Position numbers and translations under genes: made by a program. Positions 1 through 7,424 of a stretch of 64,000 nt of DNA are shown one piece after another. The stretch lies in IMG/VR virus record IMGVR_UViG_3300048588_000136, positions 25,358-89,357 of that record. One strand, written 5' to 3'. Source of the DNA: a virus. Under the pieces are notes generated by a model. That model ran no database searches. It worked only from the letters and a program-made list of their open reading frames with translations, and had not been told where the DNA came from. Each line of letters opens with the position of its first letter. Within the stretch, counting starts at the first letter, position 1.

Positions 1-2
1 AG

Positions 3-677
3 AAAGCAAAGCAGGGCATCACCTGGACGAACGAACGGCGCAAGTTGTCCGACCTCATCCCGTGGGAACGCAACCCGCGCACCATCAAGAACGCACAAGC
101 CGAACGGCTTGTCGATAGCGTGGAGACGTTCGGTCAAGTGGAGACGTTGGCGATTGACTGCGATAACAATATCCTAAACGGTCATCAGCGCGTCTCCGTC
201 CTCGCCGGTCAATACGGCATGGATTACGAGGTTGACGTGCGGGTAGCAAGCCGGGAGCTTACCGAACGGGAACGGCAACAGTTGACGGTTTATTTGCATC
301 GTGGGGCGACGGGCGAATGGTCATTTGATGAACTTGCGAATTGGGGCATTGAGGACGACCTTGTAACTTGGGGCTTTGACGACATTGCTGCCATTGCCGA
401 AGCCGCGCAAACTACCGCGATCGGAGAAAGCAGCATTACCAGCACTGATCGGATATTGGGTGATAAGCGCAAGCAGATTAAGCCGGTATTGTACGCCGAC
501 GAAATAGGCGACTTTGAAAAGGCCATCATCGCTACTGGCCTACGCAACCGGGGCGAGGCTATCATGACCATTTGTCGATTCTATTTGGAGCAACATGACA
601 ACGGGGAAGAAGAAGGACAATTCAACATATCTTTTAAAAACTTCGCTACGCAGAAATCTGCTAAAGATGATCGATAA
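3..677 (+). CDS. ParB/Srx-like N-terminal domain protein (5' partial)
   Basis: LIPWERNPR...FGQVE...ILNGHQR is the ParB-N motif; the frame is open back to the window edge (KAKQGITWTNERRKLSD). Confidence 0.8.
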   Translation, partial: KAKQGITWTNERRKLSDLIPWERNPRTIKNAQAERLVDSVETFGQVETLAIDCDNNILNGHQRVSVLAGQYGMDYEVDVRVASRELTERERQQLTVYLHRGATGEWSFDELANWGIEDDLVTWGFDDIAAIAEAAQTTAIGESSITSTDRILGDKRKQIKPVLYADEIGDFEKAIIATGLRNRGEAIMTICRFYLEQHDNGEEEGQFNISFKNFATQKSAKDDR

Positions 678-1215
678 TCCGGTCGTCATGGAAACACATG
701 GCGGGTATGGTGCTATTTGGAATCAGTGCTACATGGACATTGCGCAGGGCGTTGTCTTTGAGAAGGATGCAGATAAGACAAAGGTTTTGGCTGTGCAGCG
801 TCCCACCTGGGCCGTTTACGAATGCGATTGCGAGATGGCATTGGCGGCTGGTATCGGATCTCATTTGCCTATCAACTTTCTGGATTGCGATCCCTATGGC
901 GAACCGTGGCCAGTGCTTGACTCCTTCTTCTTGAGTGACCGCCCGTTTCCGTCTGCACTGGCAATTGTGGTCAATGATGGACTACGGCAAAAGCTCAAGA
1001 TGAACGGCGGTTGGAATGTGGAGAGCTTGCGGGATGTAGTCAGCGCATACGGTAATAACACGCTGTATGCTAACTACCTGGAGATATGCAAAGAGATGTT
1101 GCAAGAAAAAGCGAGTCAGCGGGGGTATGCGCTGACTCGGTGGGCCGGATATTATTGTGGACATGCGCAGCAGATGACGCACTATGCAGGACTGTTTACC
1201 CGTGATGCTGGTTGA
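595..1215 (+). CDS. SAM-dependent methyltransferase-like protein (resembles three-Cys-motif partner, TcmP-like)
   Basis: VMETHGGYG (motif I-like), VFEKD and FLDCDPYG; abuts a radical SAM gene. Confidence 0.5.
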   Translation: MTTGKKKDNSTYLLKTSLRRNLLKMIDNPVVMETHGGYGAIWNQCYMDIAQGVVFEKDADKTKVLAVQRPTWAVYECDCEMALAAGIGSHLPINFLDCDPYGEPWPVLDSFFLSDRPFPSALAIVVNDGLRQKLKMNGGWNVESLRDVVSAYGNNTLYANYLEICKEMLQEKASQRGYALTRWAGYYCGHAQQMTHYAGLFTRDAG

Positions 1216-2023
1216 TGTAGCGGGGATTGTAGTAGCCCGCCGGCAGGTATTTCTGAAGGTCGTGTTTAATATAATGCTTGACACCGAGCCGGTTGACCAG
1301 TTCCAGAATGCGGTGTGTGTACGATTCCCAATCGGTCGTGTTGGTCATGGGCAGGTAGTTGGCCCGACCGATTTTGTAAAGGTCAACAAATTCATGGGTG
1401 CGCTCGATAATTTCAAGGCTGCTTTCGGTGTTCAAGGTCGGTTCAAGACTAACCCATGTAAAGATACCGGCGCCGTGAAACGCCTTCAGTGTCGCAATGC
1501 GGTCGCCTGGGAGTTGCGCTCCACGTTCCCATTTGCGGCTAAAGTCATCGTCAAGAGTGGTCAATGTGGAGGCGAAGGCATCACGGTCAGGGCGAAACAA
1601 ATCAATGTCGCGAAGTGCGCGACTGCCGCCCTTGGTCAGAGTGCAAGTGCCCAGCCCGTTGCTTTGCAACGTGGTCAGCACGTCACGGGTGAGGCTGTTG
1701 TCAAATGGGTGATAGGGGTCAGTAGTGAACGATAGCATGACCTGCTCAGTGATGCCAAGCGCTTGATACTTGCGGGCGTCTTTGCGCAGGGCATCAAGGA
1801 AGCCATTACGGGGAGATGCGCCAGCGTCAAAGCTTGGGCGGTCCATCTTGAGAACCTTGGGCACGTAGCAGTATGCGCAAGCATGGCCGCAGCCGCGATA
1901 GGGGTTGGTTGCAAGCTTGGCGTATTCGCCAGCTTGACCACGAGGGGCATACACAATGGAGCAACCTTTAACGCTCCAACCGTTGTCTTCAAGTTGATAA
2001 GTGTGAGTTTTTAACATGGTCAT
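1196..2023 (-). CDS. Radical SAM protein, spore photoproduct lyase-like/Rv2578c-like
   Basis: NPYRGCGHACAYCY (CxxxCxxC), TDPY, LTK and VSLEP. Confidence 0.85.
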   Translation of the reverse strand: MTMLKTHTYQLEDNGWSVKGCSIVYAPRGQAGEYAKLATNPYRGCGHACAYCYVPKVLKMDRPSFDAGASPRNGFLDALRKDARKYQALGITEQVMLSFTTDPYHPFDNSLTRDVLTTLQSNGLGTCTLTKGGSRALRDIDLFRPDRDAFASTLTTLDDDFSRKWERGAQLPGDRIATLKAFHGAGIFTWVSLEPTLNTESSLEIIERTHEFVDLYKIGRANYLPMTNTTDWESYTHRILELVNRLGVKHYIKHDLQKYLPAGYYNPRYINQHHG

Positions 2024-2208
2024 GATTGTTTGTCCTTTTCTTTTTGAATAAGATTTCTAAGATATGCTGAAATGTTACTTGACTGCTGTTGCAACCATTC
2101 TAGCTGTGACTTTGGTAGCCGAATGTTTACACGAACGGTTGGCTCCTGTGGGTCTACGGTTTTGCGCCCTGAGCCTGGACGCTTACCGCCTCGTTGCTGT
2201 TTCGTCAT
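2020..2208 (-). CDS. Ribbon-helix-helix DNA-binding protein
   Basis: RGGKRPGSGRK followed by VRVNIRLP...NISAYLRNLI. Confidence 0.75.
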   Translation of the reverse strand: MTKQQRGGKRPGSGRKTVDPQEPTVRVNIRLPKSQLEWLQQQSSNISAYLRNLIQKEKDKQS

Positions 2209-2214
2209 AGTTTG

Positions 2215-2243
2215 ATTGTAGCATACGTTTTCAATATTGTCTA
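2215..2243 (-). promoter_or_regulatory. Sigma70 promoter, likely giving a leaderless RHH-radical SAM transcript
   Basis: TAGACA-17 bp-TACAAT with extended -10 TG; the ATG at 2208 lies about 7 nt downstream. Confidence 0.65.
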
Positions 2244-2291
2244 TAGTTTTGGGTAAAACTCAGACGAAAGTACGATTTCTTTAAGGTTGAT

Positions 2292-2711
2292 ATGGCTAAA
2301 CGACAGCAAGAGCGTTACACGGCTGACAAAATGATAGAGGCGCTACGTAAAGCGCGTGGCATTGCCGCACGCGCCGCCGAGATGCTTGGCTGCGACCGTC
2401 AAACGGTGCTGAACTACTGCAAGAAATATCCGACGGTGCAAGCGGCGCGGGAAGAAGCCAAAGAAACGCTGAACGACTGGGTAGAGTCGCAGATGATTAA
2501 GCGCATTCAGGCGGGCGACACCACCATGATGATTTGGTGGTCAAAAACGCAGATGAAAGACCGAAATTTTGTCGAGAGGATAGACAACCGCAACTACGAC
2601 ATTGACCTATCCAAGCTGACCAATGATCAACTAGAACGTGTGGCAGCCGGTGAAGACCCGTTGCAGGTGGTGCTAGATGGCTACGTCGCTACAAATAAGA
2701 GCAGCGGCTGA
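2292..2711 (+). CDS. terS: Terminase small subunit
   Basis: N-terminal HTH, GDTTMMIWWSK and DLSKLTNDQL tail; overlaps terL. Confidence 0.75.
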   Translation: MAKRQQERYTADKMIEALRKARGIAARAAEMLGCDRQTVLNYCKKYPTVQAAREEAKETLNDWVESQMIKRIQAGDTTMMIWWSKTQMKDRNFVERIDNRNYDIDLSKLTNDQLERVAAGEDPLQVVLDGYVATNKSSG

Positions 2712-4359
2712 ACTAGAGCGGCGCAAGCGGGGCAACGTTGGGGAAAGCCCATTTGCCCAGTATCGCTTTGAGCCAATCCGCTACATCATCGAAAAACTCG
2801 GCTGGCATCCGTGGGCCGGTGACGTTGACCATCCGGGCCAAGTGGAAGTGCTGCAAGCCTACGAACTGGCATTGCGCCAATTGCATGAGCGATACGACTA
2901 CGAGCAAGGCGTCCTGACCGCTGACCAATTGCAATACTGGACACCTGGTCAGGTGATAAAAAATAGAATACGCATTGAAGCAGGGCATACTGTAGGTAAG
3001 ACAAAACTTGTGTCTGGTATCCTGTCTCATTTCTTTGACACATGCACGCCGTCCATCATTTACAGCTTTGCGCCTACATCCGAGCAGATTAACGATCTGC
3101 TGTGGAAGGAAATCAGAACCGACCGGCGCAAAAATAAATTGCCTGGACGTGTGGCTAAAATTCCTTACCTGTCGTTCAAGGGGGATGAAAACCCAGATCA
3201 TTTTGCCAAGGGACGAGCTACGCAAAACAGCGAAACAGAGAGCATTCAGGGACAACATGGTCGCTATTTAATGTTCGTGATTGACGAGGCCGAAGGTGTG
3301 GCTGACTATGTGTATGACGCTGTCGAGTCGATGACTAGTGGCGGCATTGCGCTGGTGTTGATGTTAGCGAATCCGCGTACACGCACGAGTAAGTTTTATA
3401 AGCAGAAAACACGTAATGACGTAGCGAACTTTCGCATGTCCTGCGTGTGGCACCCCAACGTATTGGCGGATCGAGAAGTGGTTCCCGGCGCTGTCCGCCG
3501 TGACTATGTGGAGGGCATGGTGCGTGATCATTGTGAGGTTGTTAGCAATCACAACCATGACCAAAATACGTTTGAATTGCCGTGGCACCAAGGTGTGATT
3601 TATAAGCCAGATGCTGAATGCATGTTTCGTGTCCTTGGTGTGCCACCAGCGAATTTGACGGATAACACGTTTGTAACCGTAGGAGGATATGAGGCGGCTA
3701 CAAAGCGCAAGCCCGTCAGTCACGAACCAACTAAAGCACGTATCGGGGTAGATGTTGCACGGTATGGTACGGATGCTGGCACCATTTATTGTCGTCACAA
3801 TGGCGTAGTGTGGCGGGAAGCAGCGATACAAGGACAGGACACGAATGCATACCTGGATAAGTTGCGTCCGCTGTTTGACCGATTGAAAAATGACGGTGTA
3901 ACCGACATAGAAATTAGAGTTGATGGCGGTGGCGGCTACGCATCTGGCATTATTGACCCGCTCAAAATCGATATGCGATTTCGTAAAATGTTCACCACTA
4001 TCGCGCTACATGAGGTGCACAATAACGGTACGGCGTATGACACGAATAGTTACTATGATAAAGTGACTGAGATGTACGCTCAAGCAGGCGAAACGCTGAA
4101 GGGCATTTATATTCGCAATGCGCCGCCGCTGTTAGAAACGGATTTGACCGAGCGTCCATATAAGTACGTCAATGACAGCGGGCGCAGCGTGAAAAAATTG
4201 ACTGACAAAGAGCAGTTCAAAAGTAAGTACCTGCGTTCACCGGATGATGGTGACGGATTTGTTCTAGCGGTGGCGCCCGATTACATATTTGCACATAACG
4301 AGTTGCCTACCGGCATGGATCTGAGCGGATTTACACAAACTAGTAAGTGGAGAACATAA
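2677..4359 (+). CDS. terL: Terminase large subunit
   Basis: Walker A GHTVGKT, Walker B FVIDEAE, LANP, nuclease GVDVARYGTD and SPDDGD. Confidence 0.95.
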   Translation: MATSLQIRAAAELERRKRGNVGESPFAQYRFEPIRYIIEKLGWHPWAGDVDHPGQVEVLQAYELALRQLHERYDYEQGVLTADQLQYWTPGQVIKNRIRIEAGHTVGKTKLVSGILSHFFDTCTPSIIYSFAPTSEQINDLLWKEIRTDRRKNKLPGRVAKIPYLSFKGDENPDHFAKGRATQNSETESIQGQHGRYLMFVIDEAEGVADYVYDAVESMTSGGIALVLMLANPRTRTSKFYKQKTRNDVANFRMSCVWHPNVLADREVVPGAVRRDYVEGMVRDHCEVVSNHNHDQNTFELPWHQGVIYKPDAECMFRVLGVPPANLTDNTFVTVGGYEAATKRKPVSHEPTKARIGVDVARYGTDAGTIYCRHNGVVWREAAIQGQDTNAYLDKLRPLFDRLKNDGVTDIEIRVDGGGGYASGIIDPLKIDMRFRKMFTTIALHEVHNNGTAYDTNSYYDKVTEMYAQAGETLKGIYIRNAPPLLETDLTERPYKYVNDSGRSVKKLTDKEQFKSKYLRSPDDGDGFVLAVAPDYIFAHNELPTGMDLSGFTQTSKWRT

Positions 4360-4360
4360 A

Positions 4361-5794
4361 ATGGCTCGTGTTGATTTGATGGAACTTGGTGAAACCGGTT
4401 TGCAAAAATCGGGTGGCCAGGTATATGAAGAGTTTTTACGCGAGCTACGCGGCGACCGCTGGCTAAAGGTTGTACGCGAAATGTCGGAACAGGATAGCGT
4501 CGTGGTGGCCATTCTGTTTGCTGTGGAAATGCTATTGCGCCAAGCCGACTGGGAGATTGAGCCGACCGACGGTGATACGGATACCGCTGAGTTTGTTGAA
4601 TCCTGCTTTGATGACATGTCGCTATCGTGGGAAGACACCATGACAGAAATTCTCACGATGTTACCATATGGGTACAGCTACATGGAAACCGTTTACAAGA
4701 AGCGAGGCGGTGATGTTGATGATCCGACGAAGCGCAGCAAGTACAATGATGGGCGTATCGGTTGGCGCAAGTGGGCGATTCGTAGTCAACACACTCGCTA
4801 CATGTGGGAGTTTGACCGGGGCGGTGGAATCCGGGGCATGTGGCAGACATTAGAGCAGGGCGCGCCCGTGTTTATCCCCATCGAAAAAGCATTGTTGTTT
4901 CGTACTACCACACATCTGGGCAATCCTGAGGGGCGCAGTATCTTGCGGGGTTGCTACCGCTCGTGGTACTTCAAAAAGCATCTAGAGAACATCGAAGGTA
5001 TTGGCGTAGAGCGTGACCTTGCCGGCTTGCCCGTGGCCCATGTGCCGCCTGAACTGCTGTCATCTGCGGCCAGTCCAGAGAATCAGCAGCTATATTCAGC
5101 CATCAAAGAGATTGTGACCAGCATCCGGCGTGATGAACAAGAAGGCGTTGTGTGGCCGCTCGCCTACGACGAAAATGGACGAGAGCGATTCAAGCTAGAA
5201 TTGCTGAGCACGGCCGGATCGCGGCAGTTTGACATTGGCGGCATTATCAACCGTAAGAACAATGAAATTGCAATGGCGGTTTTGGCTGACTTTATTTTGC
5301 TGGGGCATGAAAAAGTGGGTAGCTATGCATTGTCTGCTACCAAGTCGAGCATGTTCAAAACCGCACTAAAAGCCTGGCTCGATAGTATCGCCGATGTCGT
5401 CAACACCTACGCCATTCCTCGCCTGTTGAGTGTGAACGGGATACAAGTCACAGCGCCGCCGCGGTTGGTTTTTGGCGGCGTGGGAGAAATCGACCTAGAT
5501 GTGCTAATGACTTTCGTTAAGGAGGCGAGCGCCGCCGGCATGACGCTATTCCCGTCGGTCGAAATCGAAAACGATTTGCGATCTAAAATGCGGCTGCCGT
5601 TATTATCTGATGAAGACATAGCGCAACGAGATGCGCAGGGTATGCAATCTAAACAGATACCACAGCCACAAGACCAGACATCACAGGATAGCACTAGGAC
5701 GCAATTTAATGAGGCCATTCTTGCGCAAATCCGTGAAGCACAGGCGCAGGTTGGCGCTGCGTTGATGGAGTTACGCGGGGCCGGCAATGCCTAA
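4361..5794 (+). CDS. Portal protein (DUF935/Mu gp29-like)
   Basis: Follows terL; YGYSYMETVY, GNPEGRSILR, GVERDLAGLP and GSYALS. Confidence 0.9.
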   Translation: MARVDLMELGETGLQKSGGQVYEEFLRELRGDRWLKVVREMSEQDSVVVAILFAVEMLLRQADWEIEPTDGDTDTAEFVESCFDDMSLSWEDTMTEILTMLPYGYSYMETVYKKRGGDVDDPTKRSKYNDGRIGWRKWAIRSQHTRYMWEFDRGGGIRGMWQTLEQGAPVFIPIEKALLFRTTTHLGNPEGRSILRGCYRSWYFKKHLENIEGIGVERDLAGLPVAHVPPELLSSAASPENQQLYSAIKEIVTSIRRDEQEGVVWPLAYDENGRERFKLELLSTAGSRQFDIGGIINRKNNEIAMAVLADFILLGHEKVGSYALSATKSSMFKTALKAWLDSIADVVNTYAIPRLLSVNGIQVTAPPRLVFGGVGEIDLDVLMTFVKEASAAGMTLFPSVEIENDLRSKMRLPLLSDEDIAQRDAQGMQSKQIPQPQDQTSQDSTRTQFNEAILAQIREAQAQVGAALMELRGAGNA

Positions 5795-6659
5795 TGATTG
5801 GCTGATATACAAAAACCTGCGTAATCTGCAAGATGGCTACGACGCGTTGGCATCCAAAGACTTGACGACGCGTCAAAAGTACTTAGCGCGACGATCCGCT
5901 CTAGATACGCAATGGCAATCTGACTTACTGCCAGTCATGAGCGATTTGTATTGGTACCCATTTCGGAATGGAACTGACGGGATACCGAAGAGTCAAAAGA
6001 AACTGAGGAGTTGGTTAAGGCGCCAATACGATGACCAGGCGGCTATTGCGGCGCTTCTCTTTTTGATGATTAGGTATGGAAAAGTTGCTTACGAACTTGG
6101 CGGACAGAGCGCGCTTGACGATTTGGGGATTGACGCTAATTTTAAGCTAACCAATCTTGATATACTAAAGGCCATTGACGAGCGTTATCGTTTAATGGTT
6201 GCACAAGATACAGAATACAGCCTAATTGATACCACCGTTGATGATTTAGCTAAATCAATACCGGAAGCGCAAGACAGCGGAAAGACGTTTTTGGTAGCAC
6301 TGGCGGCTATTATAGCAGCGTTATCCGCAAATCGTACCGTAAAAATCGAACGGTACGAACGACCGTTTCAGGTTGGCCAGGCGCTGGAAAACGCATACGA
6401 GCAGAATGGTGTTCGGTATATCATGTACGATGTTTACGGGGTGGGCTGTCCACGCATTTGTGCTCCTTGGCACGGGCAAGTGTTTAATGTTGGAACGGTT
6501 AGACCGGTGCGTATACCTCAGCATTCCGGCTGTGATTGTAGATGGACGGCGGTTAGTCGAAACGGTCAGCGCGCCGGCTTTCCAGAGGTCATTGTTGCAT
6601 TACTAGGCAATCAGGGGGACACTTTGCAACCTCCTGCAAATGTATGGACGGGGGCTTAA
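5787..6659 (+). CDS. Head morphogenesis protein (Mu gpF/SPP1 gp7-like)
   Basis: CPRICAPWHG...IPQHSGCDCRW; follows the portal. Confidence 0.8.
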   Translation: MPNDWLIYKNLRNLQDGYDALASKDLTTRQKYLARRSALDTQWQSDLLPVMSDLYWYPFRNGTDGIPKSQKKLRSWLRRQYDDQAAIAALLFLMIRYGKVAYELGGQSALDDLGIDANFKLTNLDILKAIDERYRLMVAQDTEYSLIDTTVDDLAKSIPEAQDSGKTFLVALAAIIAALSANRTVKIERYERPFQVGQALENAYEQNGVRYIMYDVYGVGCPRICAPWHGQVFNVGTVRPVRIPQHSGCDCRWTAVSRNGQRAGFPEVIVALLGNQGDTLQPPANVWTGA

Positions 6660-6850
6660 TGCAGGTAGTCAATGGCGCCGCTGATGACACCATGACAGTC
6701 AAGGATATACTTAAGCGTATACCCACGCGCATGATTCGTTTCATGCTACGTATCGCCAGTCTACAGCGTGGTCGCTACATGGTGTACTTGACAGTAGGAG
6801 AAGGCGACATTGAATGGTCAGTGTGCCAAGTTGAAAGGGTGGAACGATGA
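6644..6850 (+). CDS. Small hypothetical protein, possible regulator (weakly DUF2292/YezD-like)
   Basis: Coupled ORF; helix plus beta strands ending ERVER. Confidence 0.45.
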   Translation: MDGGLMQVVNGAADDTMTVKDILKRIPTRMIRFMLRIASLQRGRYMVYLTVGEGDIEWSVCQVERVER

Positions 6851-7191
6851 GTGCTAGACTGTTGTTGCGCTATAGAGATTTACGTATGCTGCCACCACAA
6901 TCCATTGCTGGTGATTTTGTCGAAATTGACGAGCATGTTTATGTGATTCGCCATCGATACATAGAATGGAACGGCTATGGACTTTATGAATCGTCATGGG
7001 TAGGTGATGCTCTTTTTATATACGATTGGCTGTTCTGGACAGGTGATTTGTGGTATCGCCGCACATTGTTATGGCTTGCCGGTGCGGGGTTAGCGGAGTA
7101 TCCACCGGAAGGTTGTTTCCCATCGTGGATCGACGTAATGACGAGATGGAATAAGTTTTTATCGTTGGCTAAGAATAAATTTAGGTACTAG
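6847..7191 (+). CDS. Hypothetical protein (Trp/Tyr-rich)
   Basis: ATGA overlap with the upstream ORF. Confidence 0.5.
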   Translation: MSARLLLRYRDLRMLPPQSIAGDFVEIDEHVYVIRHRYIEWNGYGLYESSWVGDALFIYDWLFWTGDLWYRRTLLWLAGAGLAEYPPEGCFPSWIDVMTRWNKFLSLAKNKFRY

Positions 7192-7217
7192 ACAAAAACG
7201 CAAAGTTGTGCTATAGT
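7189..7217 (+). promoter_or_regulatory. Late promoter 1
   Basis: TAGACA-17 bp-TATAGT with TG extension; closely similar to the promoter at 17292-17320. Confidence 0.75.
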
Positions 7218-7224
7218 TTTCACA

Positions 7225-7342
7225 GTGAATCATGCGGCATTGCGGATGGACGCAAGAAGAAGATGTTAGAGGTAGCGAGAGCAGGCCAAGCCCTCGATGA
7301 AACTGCTACCAGACGGTATCAATCCCGTCCCGCATGATTAAC
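7225..7342 (+). ncRNA. tRNA-like structured RNA (non-canonical)
   Basis: Outer stem AATCATGCGG/CCGCATGATT; D-like arm TTGCG-GATGGA-CGCAA; stem GGTAGC/GCTACC; T-like arm GACGG-TATCAATC-CCGTC. Confidence 0.55.
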
Positions 7343-7376
7343 TTAATATCTTAACGGCATGAAACGTTAGACACAT

Positions 7377-7418
7377 GGCGTCTGTGACAGGGTAACACCT
7401 GTTGCAGGCGCCTTTTTT
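7377..7418 (+). terminator. Intrinsic terminator/attenuator before the head protease gene
   Basis: GGCGTCTGTGACAGG-GTAACA-CCTGTTGCAGGCGCC followed by T6. Confidence 0.75.
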
Positions 7419-7424
7419 ATTTCT

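Noticed and set aside
1184-1735. 183-aa plus-strand ORF
   Set aside because: Antisense shadow of the radical SAM gene, with no motif.
7225-7342. Canonical tRNA gene
   Set aside because: No 7-nt anticodon loop at the proper spacing, 8-nt T-like loop and no CCA; kept only as tRNA-like.
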